Assembly: GCA_963169695.1 (NCBI GenBank)
Contig: CAUJDS010000060.1
Location: 64,780 to 128,779, forward strand
Source of the DNA: Bdellovibrionota bacterium
GTDB lineage: Bacteria; Bdellovibrionota; UBA1018; CAUJDS01
Length of the DNA stretch: 64,000 nt
Reading direction: 5' to 3'
Positions 41,665 to 50,943 of this stretch are shown one piece after another (positions within the stretch are counted from its first letter, which is position 1; each line of letters opens with the position of its first letter). The translations under genes and the position numbers were made by a program. Below the pieces are notes generated by a model. That model was given only the letters and a program-made list of their open reading frames with translations. It was not told where the DNA came from and made no database searches.

Positions 41665-42920
41665 AGGGTCTCCTCGCTATTTCTTAGCAGATAGAAGAAT
41701 TCAGCATTCAAGAGGAGGTGCAAGACTGCAAGTCCAAAAAACAAAGATGGAATAGAAAAATGTCCTAGGATGGCGGCTAACAGAACCGAAGCTCCAACCA
41801 TCCAAATTGCATTCCAAATGTTATTGGCTGCGACGATTCTCGACAAATCACCCGAAGGCGAAATGACCTGCATCGCCGTATAGAGAGGGACGATGTACAT
41901 CCCCGCACCAATGGCTAAGAAAGCAAAGATCTCCCAAATACGCCAACCTTTGAAGGAATAGAAAAAAGCAGCAAAAGCTTGTACTTCGTTACCAAGAGGA
42001 TGGGTGGGAAGGAATGCCCATGCTTGGAAGAGTGCCAGCAAGAGTACTGCCGCGCCGAGGGTTGCTGCGTTTTTGGGTCCCATTCGATCGGTAGCCCTTC
42101 CTCCTAAGAAAGAACCGATACCAATGCCAATCGAAAAGACTGCGAGAAAGCTGCTGACAACTCCTTCACTCACTTGAAGGAGGTTCTTTCCAATCAAGGG
42201 GAGGAGTGTCGTTATGGTCACTCCGATGGCCCAGAACCAAGAAATAGCCTGAAGCAAGACGATGCGCCGACGGTTTTGAACACTGAGCTTGAGAAGCTCC
42301 AAGGTGTGTACCAGAATATTCCAATGAAATAGGGTCGACGTCGATTCCACCGGAACGGCAGGAATCCTAGTACAAAACACCCAACCCATGAGTGCGGCAG
42401 AAAGCATTCCTGCATAAGTCCATAAGAGGCCTGAAGATTGCCCTACGAGTGCGCTCCCTAAGGTGGTTCCAAGCAATACAGCAAGAAAAGTGCCCGCTTC
42501 TACCCAGGCATTGGCTTTGCCAAGTTTTTCGGGTGGCACCAATGCAGGCAGGATGCTGTACTTGATGGGGCCAAAAAAGGTGGAGTGAGTCCCCATCAAA
42601 AAAAGCGTCAATAAAAGCAAGGGTAGTGCTTGAAGGAGAAATCCAAGCATGCCTAAGGTCACGATTCCAACTTCTGCGATCTTGACCCAGCGAATGACTT
42701 GGTTCTTTGAAAGTCTGGTAGCCGCTTCGCCAGCGAGTCCCGAAAATAAAAAAAACGGCAGAATAAAAATCCCACCGCTCAAGGCCACGATTTTTTCGGT
42801 CATGCCTGGGCTGAGAGAAAGGGCGCTATAAGTGAGCCATACGAGGAGTGCGGACTTAAAAATATTGTCGTTGAGAGCACCGAGAAACTGGGTCCAAAAG
42901 AAAGCCCAGAATCGTTTCAC
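41661..42920 (-). CDS. MFS transporter
   Basis: About 12 hydrophobic segments. GTG start 1 nt after the upstream stop. Stop overlaps the HIT gene start. Confidence 0.75.
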   Translation of the reverse strand: MKRFWAFFWTQFLGALNDNIFKSALLVWLTYSALSLSPGMTEKIVALSGGIFILPFFLFSGLAGEAATRLSKNQVIRWVKIAEVGIVTLGMLGFLLQALPLLLLTLFLMGTHSTFFGPIKYSILPALVPPEKLGKANAWVEAGTFLAVLLGTTLGSALVGQSSGLLWTYAGMLSAALMGWVFCTRIPAVPVESTSTLFHWNILVHTLELLKLSVQNRRRIVLLQAISWFWAIGVTITTLLPLIGKNLLQVSEGVVSSFLAVFSIGIGIGSFLGGRATDRMGPKNAATLGAAVLLLALFQAWAFLPTHPLGNEVQAFAAFFYSFKGWRIWEIFAFLAIGAGMYIVPLYTAMQVISPSGDLSRIVAANNIWNAIWMVGASVLLAAILGHFSIPSLFFGLAVLHLLLNAEFFYLLRNSEETL

Positions 42921-42921
42921 T

Positions 42922-45654
42922 TCAGCGAGGTCTCGCCGTTAGGAAGTGAATGAGTTGCTGGTCTGCGCGGAGAAAGGTGTTTTCAATTTCGTTTCGGCGC
43001 GTCCATGACACTCCTGGTATTCCAGCGTGGGTGACAGTGTCCACAAAACTTGGCTGAAGTTGATAGAAGCGATAACTTGTCACCCGGGTATGCGTATCGT
43101 CTACGCGATCAAGGACAATCATACCGTTGCCACCTAGGATGGTGTCTTGTTGCACAGTGCCGAGCTGAGTGGGAGTGCTCGCAGTCACATGCCACGTTAT
43201 CCAAGTGTCATTGGAATTTTGCTGCGTATTCAACACCTCCCAATGGCGGGATTCGCTCAAGCCCCAATCACGATACAGTACCTGAGTGTCAAACTGCTGT
43301 GGCGTCCCTCCAAGGTAATTCGATTCTGCATAAGAGTTGCCCGATTCAGCCATAGCGTTGATTGAATCACCACTTCGAAGCTTTTCCAAGACGCCTTGCG
43401 TAGGAAGCGGGACGACCTGTGAAACTCGAGTCCCAAAAAAGGTGGAAGGATCGTAGGTGCTCAGCAAAGGTTGAGATTGAAGCGTTGTTGAGTCGATTCG
43501 AAACGACTCGGATACTATTGTAGAGACAGCACTGACATTAGCTTTTTCCACAAAAGATGCATGGTCCGCGATGGAAGAGGCCATCCAATTAGTGACCGGG
43601 GGAGTAGCTTGGTCTGGAATGTCTGCTTTGACTTGAGCAATGAGGGCTCGTGCCTCGGCGGTTGCCGATGCCAATTCTTCATCCGAAAAGAAAATCGCTG
43701 AACCGTTTTCGGGCTCCGAAGTCGCCTTTCGCAATTCTATGGCAAGGTGTCGTAGGAGCTTGCCCTCGTCTTCGACGTTGAGGCTTCCAATAGTATACTC
43801 TCGACTCGTAAAGAAAAGAGACGCTAGGACCGTTGCGAAGAGAGCGCCTTTTACGTATCGCGCGGTTCCTCGCAGCCCGCGACTGAGGAGAGATGCCGAA
43901 TTTCCATCAGGAGTCATTCCGAGGGTAATATTGAGGTTAGGTAGTGAAGTTCGATTGTGCCTAGATTCAGCAACGAGATCTTGTAGGGCAAGTACACGCC
44001 CATCACGCGCTGTTCTCTTCTCAATGCTCAGACCTTCCGTGCTGCCTATAAGAGCAAAGGGGATAGAGGTCGTTTGATTTTTCTCAGAACGATGAATGGA
44101 CTTCATCTCCTTTTTTGAAAAAACAATGATGTCATTCATCAGTCCTCGTATTTCTTGGAGGACTGCATCGAGATCCTTTTTGGACTGAATTGCCGAGGTG
44201 CTTAAGGGACCATCTGTGGATTGATTGGCTTGGAGATTTCCGACTTCATACTGTAGGCGATGTCTTTTTTCGATTAGGGTAGCAAAAAGTCGATCGAGGT
44301 GACTGTGGCCAATAGCCGGATTTCTTCCTGTGTTTCTTACATGTTTCTCAAAGAGCTTTTCAAAAATAAGGATGGCCTCTGCCTTCTTCTCGTTGAGTTG
44401 ATCTCTCAATTCGCCCAAATCCTTTGTTGAGCTCTCTTGCATCGCGAGTACAAGAATCTCTTGATGCTTTTTGGCTAGATCATTGAGAATGTTCTGAATG
44501 GATTGTGCACGGTCATTCTCTTCTTTATGGGTTTTTTCTTGATTTTCAAGTGCCGCTAAGTAGGTTTCGGCCTGGTGCTTTAGTTTTTCAATTTCGGATC
44601 TCTTTTGGGGATTTGTAATTCCTTGTAGGGCATTTTCGTATTCGGTAATGTCGGTACGGTATTTTTCCTCAGCAACTTGATTGGCCTCAAAAATTGCTAA
44701 ATTATTTCCAGGAGTTGTTACCGAAAACAGCATCATCTGAAGGCGATGAAGTTCTACTTCAAACATCAAGTCACGCGAAAGGACTTTGCTTCGAAGGTAG
44801 AAGGCTTCCAAAGGGCGAACCCCGGGAGAACCAAGGACCGGGCTGATCCACTTACGAGTAAGGTAGTAAGCAAATCCCGCTGGCGCAGCATAAAACAGTG
44901 AAGCAATTCCATAGGTGGTAGCGGCTTCTGAGCCAGCGACTTGTCCATAGATGAGTGGCGCTCCACCAGATAACGCCGCAAACATCATAGTAGGCCAGAA
45001 ATAAGATAGTGACGTCTTGTTGCCCGGGTGCTGTTTGCGAAATTCCGACAACTCATTCCGAGCAACGAGATCGATATTCATCGGTACGAGGAATTCAAAG
45101 ATCAAGGAATTCCAGTACTCAAATTGCCCAAAGGTCTCTAGACCAAAAGCCGAAGCACCTGTGTCGACAAATTTGGCAACTGCTTTGCCAACATAGGTTG
45201 CGATCGCGTATTGCGATCCGCGCGTGAACAACGGTTCTGTCAGCAGTCGATGGACCCGAAAATGGGGATCACTTTTGATGCGTCGGAGTGAATCAATAAT
45301 CGGTGTGGTGTAAGCCAGAAACGATCCAAGGATAGGTCGAATAAGGGTGTAATCGCCAGCCGCCTTGGCTGCCTTGCCGATTTGGTAGGACCAGTAGGCG
45401 CGTTGAAAGTGGCGCCCGCGCCAGGACCAAAGCTGCTTTTGGGCCAGAGCTTTGGCTGCATTGCTCTGAGGCGACTGCGCCTTGGGGGGCTCCGAAGGTT
45501 TATTGGGATCACTGAAAGCACCTGAGCATTCGTCTGATGGTCCATCCCCAGTCGGTGATGCGTAAGCCAGTACCGGCAGACTCAAAGTCTGAATGATAAA
45601 AAGCCCTAAAAATAGGAGGTAAGAAAGTGCCTTCAATGGATACTTGACTAACAA
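42922..45654 (-). CDS. Large hypothetical membrane-anchored protein with central coiled coil (910 aa)
   Basis: Signal/anchor plus several hydrophobic helices in the first ~300 aa. Long heptad-like charged region in the middle. Start is non-ATG (TTG) and uncertain. Confidence 0.5.
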   Translation of the reverse strand: MLVKYPLKALSYLLFLGLFIIQTLSLPVLAYASPTGDGPSDECSGAFSDPNKPSEPPKAQSPQSNAAKALAQKQLWSWRGRHFQRAYWSYQIGKAAKAAGDYTLIRPILGSFLAYTTPIIDSLRRIKSDPHFRVHRLLTEPLFTRGSQYAIATYVGKAVAKFVDTGASAFGLETFGQFEYWNSLIFEFLVPMNIDLVARNELSEFRKQHPGNKTSLSYFWPTMMFAALSGGAPLIYGQVAGSEAATTYGIASLFYAAPAGFAYYLTRKWISPVLGSPGVRPLEAFYLRSKVLSRDLMFEVELHRLQMMLFSVTTPGNNLAIFEANQVAEEKYRTDITEYENALQGITNPQKRSEIEKLKHQAETYLAALENQEKTHKEENDRAQSIQNILNDLAKKHQEILVLAMQESSTKDLGELRDQLNEKKAEAILIFEKLFEKHVRNTGRNPAIGHSHLDRLFATLIEKRHRLQYEVGNLQANQSTDGPLSTSAIQSKKDLDAVLQEIRGLMNDIIVFSKKEMKSIHRSEKNQTTSIPFALIGSTEGLSIEKRTARDGRVLALQDLVAESRHNRTSLPNLNITLGMTPDGNSASLLSRGLRGTARYVKGALFATVLASLFFTSREYTIGSLNVEDEGKLLRHLAIELRKATSEPENGSAIFFSDEELASATAEARALIAQVKADIPDQATPPVTNWMASSIADHASFVEKANVSAVSTIVSESFRIDSTTLQSQPLLSTYDPSTFFGTRVSQVVPLPTQGVLEKLRSGDSINAMAESGNSYAESNYLGGTPQQFDTQVLYRDWGLSESRHWEVLNTQQNSNDTWITWHVTASTPTQLGTVQQDTILGGNGMIVLDRVDDTHTRVTSYRFYQLQPSFVDTVTHAGIPGVSWTRRNEIENTFLRADQQLIHFLTARPR

Positions 45655-45828
45655 CTCTAGACATCTGAAGCAATTGAACTTTCTGTTAGATGTTGGTGAA
45701 CGCAGCCTTGTGATTAAATCAAATGAGTTGCGGTCACGTTTCGTGGCCCTATCCTATAAGCAGACTTCCTCACAGCTTTGTGCTTTTGTCATTGATCGAC
45801 ACGGTTGAATCCCGTAAACAAGCCGTCC

Positions 45829-46914
45829 ATGAATCATTTTAAATTTCTACTTTTGCTGGCGGTCTTTGGCCTGGGGTCCTCTGTTGCAAATGCTCAGTGG
45901 GAGCTTCCCGCCGAAACCGCTAGGTATTTGGGTGCCGCTGATGGCCGGCTCCCCATTGAAATCCGGGATATTCAAAGAATTATCGAACCCATTCGAATCG
46001 AGCCTAAGCTTCTAGCTTGGGGATACTCTGGCGCGGTTTTTGGACCCTATGCTGGGCAGGTATTCAAGATCTCCAATGAAGTCTTCGCGGCGCTTGATCA
46101 GCTTCCCCTTGAGAAGCCTTCTCACGACCAAACAAAGGTTGCGAGAGACTGGGCTCAGTTTGCACAGATACTGCAAAGGTTGAAGCGAGAGCAAGTTCAA
46201 CTATACCAAAGAATTGATGTTCAAAGTCCTCATGATGACGTTGTCGTAGCTCAGCTCCTTGCAAAATTTACGGGCCAGACTTTTCCAGCTGCGCCAAAAT
46301 GGATGACGCCAGATGGTTTGGCGAGCGCGGCTCCGTACTTGGTTGGCCAGACACTCGGTCAGACGCTTCAGCAATTCAATTACGGTGGCGTGAATCGAAA
46401 TGAACTTTTTGCGGAGCTGGCAAAATGGCTTCGACTCTCCAACAAGCTCGTCACTGAGTGGGGCGTTGCTCTTGATCTTCAATCTCCCGATAATTTCATT
46501 GTGGCAGGTAGTGCTCGTAAGCCAAGGCTGGAATTGGTCGACTTTTCGTTTGTAGAACCCGACGCGAGCGTGAAAGCATTTTACAAAAAGGCCAATGGTA
46601 AAGCTGTTCCAAAATTTCCTTTCAAAGGTGAGATCTACACCTTCCCAGCAACCACGGTACCTTACTTCCCGGTCATTGGAAGACTTTGGGATCTCCAGGC
46701 TGGCCAAAGGGACGATCTTATGAAATCACTCTACGGAAAGTTATCGCCAGATGAATTGGAAGCATACTATCGTGCAATCCCCATTCTTCAAAACACCAGA
46801 AACCCCGCTTTGAACGAAAATGCATGGTTGGTAGGTTTGTCGTGTTCAGCGGCTTTCCGTGGATCGGCTGCAAAAAAATCTCGAGAAGTTCAAGGTAGAC
46901 TCTGGAATCCCTGA
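45829..46914 (+). CDS. Hypothetical secreted protein
   Basis: ATG at 45829 gives the signal peptide MNHFKFLLLLAVFGLGSSVANA. The track ORF starts at TTG 45805. Confidence 0.5.
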   Translation: MNHFKFLLLLAVFGLGSSVANAQWELPAETARYLGAADGRLPIEIRDIQRIIEPIRIEPKLLAWGYSGAVFGPYAGQVFKISNEVFAALDQLPLEKPSHDQTKVARDWAQFAQILQRLKREQVQLYQRIDVQSPHDDVVVAQLLAKFTGQTFPAAPKWMTPDGLASAAPYLVGQTLGQTLQQFNYGGVNRNELFAELAKWLRLSNKLVTEWGVALDLQSPDNFIVAGSARKPRLELVDFSFVEPDASVKAFYKKANGKAVPKFPFKGEIYTFPATTVPYFPVIGRLWDLQAGQRDDLMKSLYGKLSPDELEAYYRAIPILQNTRNPALNENAWLVGLSCSAAFRGSAAKKSREVQGRLWNP

Positions 46915-46932
46915 AGATTCAAAAGGTGCCAA

Positions 46933-46961
46933 AAAACGTGTCTCACACGTTTTCCCTTTTT
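46933..46961 (+). terminator. Rho-independent terminator-like hairpin
   Basis: AAAACGTGT-CTC-ACACGTTTT is a perfect 9-bp stem, followed by CCCTTTTT. It lies 19 nt downstream of the preceding stop. Confidence 0.45.
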
Positions 46962-47108
46962 GGCCCGAGGCGCGTCATAGTTACGCCCAACCCAGCAAGG
47001 CGCGTTTGAAACTGAAAAGTCCGTGCGGGGATAGGGAAAGCGCGGCTGTGAAGCGGCGCAACCGAAGACAGTTGAGCGATAGCTAGCTACGTGATAAGTC
47101 ACAAAATT

Positions 47109-47453
47109 ATGCCAAGGGACACTTACAAATTTCAAAAACTTGAGCCGTCCTTTCGTAGAAAGGCGCAATTGGTTGTTTCAGAAATGGAGCGGCGTGGTTG
47201 GCTGATTCGTTTGGTTTGGGGACTGAGGACTCAGGAAGAGAATGATAAATTGTACCAGCTAAAGCTGGCATCAAAAAATAGCCAGCATCTTTCCGGCAAG
47301 GCGCTTGACCTAGTTGATGTGAGAGTTGGATATACGACTAACCGAAATCACCCATTTTACATGGATCTAAAGGAAATCTCAGAAAAGGAAGGACTCGTAT
47401 GGGGTGGATCTTTTCGATCAAAATGGGACCCATGTCATATTGAGGCCAGGTGA
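47109..47453 (+). CDS. Peptidase M15-family (L-Ala-D-Glu / D-Ala-D-Ala type) zinc peptidase, small endolysin-like form
   Basis: SQHLSGKALDL (SxHxxGxAxD zinc-ligand motif) and WDPCHIE (DxxH). About 115 aa. No signal peptide. Confidence 0.7.
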   Translation: MPRDTYKFQKLEPSFRRKAQLVVSEMERRGWLIRLVWGLRTQEENDKLYQLKLASKNSQHLSGKALDLVDVRVGYTTNRNHPFYMDLKEISEKEGLVWGGSFRSKWDPCHIEAR

Positions 47454-47926
47454 GCGTGAGTATTTTTCGAGCGTCTTGGAATTTATTGATTCTTACTTAT
47501 CTTGTTTCATTTTTCGGTAGCTGTACCAGTCCTCAAATAAATACTGATCAGCTATGTCACGTTGAAGAAGGTTGGTACCTAGTAAAGGCTGATATGTCCT
47601 ATAGCTGGGAAAAAGGGGAGCAGCACGGCTACTATAGGGCACTTCACTTTAGAGCCTTAGGGGACCACGCGGCCGATAACGTTCAAGTTCAAAAACTTGA
47701 AGCTATGGAGCAAAAAGACGCCGTTACTTCTGAGGTCGAAACTCGTCTCAAGCCGATAGAGTGTAGGCAAGTTGCCGAACCGGGGTATGCAGGAATAGTA
47801 ACAGATCTAAAGTTTGACCAAATCCTTAGTCCAAAAAAAAATGAGCCTCATGTGAGGGCGCTGGTTGTGCATTATTTGGACAAGCTGACGCAACAGCAAA
47901 AGCAATATCGTTTCGAAATTCAATAG
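47450..47926 (+). CDS. Hypothetical lipoprotein
   Basis: GTG start overlapping the M15 stop (GTGA). Lipobox LVSFFGSC. Confidence 0.5.
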   Translation: MSVSIFRASWNLLILTYLVSFFGSCTSPQINTDQLCHVEEGWYLVKADMSYSWEKGEQHGYYRALHFRALGDHAADNVQVQKLEAMEQKDAVTSEVETRLKPIECRQVAEPGYAGIVTDLKFDQILSPKKNEPHVRALVVHYLDKLTQQQKQYRFEIQ

Positions 47927-48068
47927 GCGAGTTCTATTGAGATTTGGCTTGGTTTTAATTACCTCTCGCGCGGAGTGTTATTGCTAGCTACCTCCCATCT
48001 ACGAAAGTGAAATGTTCTGAGTTAGTCCTACTCGGATAGAGAGTCATCCTAGTGGTAAGGAAGTGGAT

Positions 48069-48284
48069 ATGTTGGAAACCAATTTATCAATCGGAGCAGG
48101 ACTTCGTTGGCTTCACCGAAAAAAAGAACTCTTGGAGAGCCGCCTCAGGCGCGAGGTTACCTGGGACGAGACTATACGTGACTACAAGGGTCTAAGAGGA
48201 AAGAGCCAACTGCAGCAGAAAAGAGTCCTGGAGACATTTGAGAAATATCGCACGGAGCTCCTCGATGAAGCATCGACTCGTTAG
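48069..48284 (+). CDS. Small hypothetical protein (about 71 aa)
   Basis: ATG with AAGGAAG Shine-Dalgarno. Charged, helical-looking sequence. Confidence 0.3.
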   Translation: MLETNLSIGAGLRWLHRKKELLESRLRREVTWDETIRDYKGLRGKSQLQQKRVLETFEKYRTELLDEASTR

Positions 48285-48876
48285 TGTATTTATCTTGGCT
48301 TTTCTTTCTCTTTCTCTTCGGAGACCTTATTCCATTGGTATGCTGAGCGACGACTTCGGGATTGTTACACGTGAGGACGTGGAGGAAATTAATTTTGGTA
48401 TCTACAAAAAAATGAACTGGATGCCAGCCGAAGCGGACTACAATGGCCCCCCTGTTTGGCAATGCCTACAGCCGGATGAAGTTTCGATAGGCTGTGACTC
48501 CTCCGATCTTGATGCGAGTGACCAACCTACTGCCGCCCCTGATTTTACTATTCGAGAAGGGCACTGGACGCATCGCTTATACACGCGCCGTTTCTTTGGT
48601 CTGGAGACGTGTGAGGAGTGGGTACGCGAATGGAGAGCCGTTGTGGAGAATGAACCGGTCGTTTGCATTCTAGGAGACCCAAGCTTCGCGTCTGAGGAAG
48701 AGGTTCGGACACCCTCTGATCCTCGCACTTATTGGATTCTTCACCGAATCAAGACTTATCACGGACAATGGTCGTATTTTCTGAGAGGTGGGGACTCTCG
48801 ACTTTATAGCGGGCCAAAAACACGAGGATATGTGGTACCTCCATCTGATGAGCAGTCCTTCAGCCTGGGGCAATGA
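48265..48876 (+). CDS. Hypothetical secreted protein
   Basis: Signal-like MKHRLVSVFILAFLSLSL. Cys-rich mid region. Confidence 0.4.
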   Translation: MKHRLVSVFILAFLSLSLRRPYSIGMLSDDFGIVTREDVEEINFGIYKKMNWMPAEADYNGPPVWQCLQPDEVSIGCDSSDLDASDQPTAAPDFTIREGHWTHRLYTRRFFGLETCEEWVREWRAVVENEPVVCILGDPSFASEEEVRTPSDPRTYWILHRIKTYHGQWSYFLRGGDSRLYSGPKTRGYVVPPSDEQSFSLGQ

Positions 48877-49873
48877 AACCCAATTCTTCTTTGAGATTAC
48901 GCCAGAAAAAGTCCTGCAAAGTGTGGAGGACGCCGGCTACCTTTGTACAGGGCGATGTACCGCAATGGGTAGTTTTGAGAATCGAGTCTACGATGTGGAA
49001 ATTGATCTGGAAGGATTGCCGCCTGCGCAGACCATGAGCGATCGGTTTCGTATCGTGAAGTTCTACCGTCCGGGCCGATGGACGGAGGCTCAGATCCTTG
49101 AGGAGCATGGGTTTCTGAAAGATTTGGTGGAACAGGAAATTCCCGTTGTCGCGCCACTTCCTTTTAAGGATGGGTCGACGCTGCGAAAGGACGCGAGCAG
49201 CGGAATTTATTACACGCTCTTTCCACGAGTGGGGGGGCGATCTCCTGATGAACTCGACAAAGAACAACTGACTCGAATTGGTCGACTCCTTGCGCGGATT
49301 CATCAGGTCGGTGCAATGAGTCCAGCGCTACATCGAATAGAATTGAACGAAAAAACCTATGGCTCCGATCACATCAATTACCTCCGTACTGCAAAGGTGA
49401 TGTCGCCTGGACTTTGGCCGCGCTATGAGGCTGCCGCTCAACGGGTGATTGATACCTTTAAGAACGGGTATGCCGAGCTACCCAAACAACGGATCCACGG
49501 AGACTGTCATTTCGGCAATTTGCTTTGGGGACCTCAAGGGCCGTTCTTCTTAGATTTTGATGATTTTGTAATGGGTCCGGCTGTTCAGGACTTTTGGTTG
49601 ATGATTCCAGGTCATGATGAAGAAGCGCGAGGCAAATTGCGAATCCTGTTAGACGGGTACCAAGAGCTTCGTGATTTGCCGATGGGATCCCTGCGCTGGA
49701 TTGAGCCCCTTCGTGGACTTCGGTTGATTCATTTTGCCGCGTGGATCTCCCATCGTTGGAATGATCCGGCTTTTCCCAAGGCCTTTCCTCAGTATGGCGG
49801 TGATCGCTACTGGGAAGATCAAATTCACAACCTTGAGGAGCTTCCTCTCGAAGAAGGATACTGGCGAGCCTAA
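48848..49873 (+). CDS. srkA: Stress-response Ser/Thr kinase SrkA (YihE/RdoA) family
   Basis: FENRVYDVE, FYRPGRWTEAQILEEH, HGDCHFGNLLW and DFDDFVMGPAVQDFW closely track the E. coli YihE sequence as I recall it. Confidence 0.75.
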   Translation: MSSPSAWGNETQFFFEITPEKVLQSVEDAGYLCTGRCTAMGSFENRVYDVEIDLEGLPPAQTMSDRFRIVKFYRPGRWTEAQILEEHGFLKDLVEQEIPVVAPLPFKDGSTLRKDASSGIYYTLFPRVGGRSPDELDKEQLTRIGRLLARIHQVGAMSPALHRIELNEKTYGSDHINYLRTAKVMSPGLWPRYEAAAQRVIDTFKNGYAELPKQRIHGDCHFGNLLWGPQGPFFLDFDDFVMGPAVQDFWLMIPGHDEEARGKLRILLDGYQELRDLPMGSLRWIEPLRGLRLIHFAAWISHRWNDPAFPKAFPQYGGDRYWEDQIHNLEELPLEEGYWRA

Positions 49874-50943
49874 GCGGCGTTGGTCTCAATCGCCTGCCAG
49901 AGGTAGGGAAGTCCCCTGATTTCGATCCCTTTTCTTTCGTTCCATTTGCCTTGGTCGTCTTGAAAAAATTCAATCACAGGAATGAAGCCTAGCTTCTTAG
50001 GGTCTCGCACCCAAATAGCCACTCCACGGGTATGCCGCAGGCTTTTGAGTAGATCTCCTTTGAAGTCGAGGAGGCGCTTCAGTTGTTCTTTGAGGCGGGT
50101 CAGGGATTCTGGGCTGGCCCATTTCTCGTAATCCTTCATGGCATCGTTGTAGTCCGATAGGCTTGCAACGTATTCCGCATGTTTTTCTTCGCCGAGTCTT
50201 TGAACCACGTCCTCAGGCAGGAACTTAAATCTTGGCATATCGCCTAAGACTAGGACCGCGAATCCAACTTCCTCTCCCGATAGATGATGATGCTCAAAAG
50301 AGCGATCTGACTTGCGCAAGAAATTCTTGATGGGAATGGCGTGATCCGGATCCAAGAGTCCGTCGGAATTGATGGTGCGGAGCGATCTTGCGATCAAGAG
50401 CGCATGAGGAGAGTCCTCCGAGTGATCGCCTTCACGCCAAATAACTAAGTCCGGTTTGGTGACTCCAAATTTGTGAGAGCCTGGTTTGATGGATTTGACG
50501 TCGACGTAGTGGCCTTTTTCAACCCAGGCCAGCACGTCACTCGCATTTGAGAAAGCATCTAACTTCTTTCCGCGAACTTTATTCGATGCTCTTGGGTGGT
50601 CCCCTTGTTCTTCCATTTGGTCTTGCATCGCTTCGTATTCGTCTCGGTCGCTTTCCCAGCTGCCGACACACGAAGCCAAGCTATTCAGTGGAGCCTGCGA
50701 GGTAAGAACCACGCCGAAAAAAAATACTCCCGTCAACCAGTCCAAACGCAGTTGTTTATGAAACAATGCAGCTTCCCCCAAACTAAGTTGAAACCATCCA
50801 AATCCACGACCTTGTTTTTGGTAACGAGAAGAAGGGTCGAGGTCAACTTTTTTTACCCGATGGGAAGAGATTTCGATAAGATGCCGCGATGGGCGAACCA
50901 AACGGCAATGAGCATTTAGCGACTGGCAATGAGATTCGACCAC
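49870..50943 (-). CDS. Hypothetical His/Asp-rich probable periplasmic or lipoprotein
   Basis: Internal signal/lipobox-like VFFFGVVLTSQAPLNSLASC. HHH, DHSEDSPH and DPDH clusters. The true start is probably downstream of the GTG at 50943. Confidence 0.45.
   Translation of the reverse strand: MVESHCQSLNAHCRLVRPSRHLIEISSHRVKKVDLDPSSRYQKQGRGFGWFQLSLGEAALFHKQLRLDWLTGVFFFGVVLTSQAPLNSLASCVGSWESDRDEYEAMQDQMEEQGDHPRASNKVRGKKLDAFSNASDVLAWVEKGHYVDVKSIKPGSHKFGVTKPDLVIWREGDHSEDSPHALLIARSLRTINSDGLLDPDHAIPIKNFLRKSDRSFEHHHLSGEEVGFAVLVLGDMPRFKFLPEDVVQRLGEEKHAEYVASLSDYNDAMKDYEKWASPESLTRLKEQLKRLLDFKGDLLKSLRHTRGVAIWVRDPKKLGFIPVIEFFQDDQGKWNERKGIEIRGLPYLWQAIETNAA

Noticed and set aside
46201-46707. 168-aa minus-strand ORF
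   Set aside because: Antisense inside the 45829-46914 secreted-protein gene.
46859-47086. 75-aa ORF spanning the terminator spacer
   Set aside because: Overlaps the upstream gene's end and the terminator hairpin. No ribosome-binding site. Arg/Lys-rich junk-like translation.
47015-47090. RNase P RNA-like GAAAAGTCCG...GGGAAAGCG motif
   Set aside because: Only a short resemblance to the P4 region. The spacer is far too short (176 bp) for an RNase P RNA and the other conserved regions are absent.
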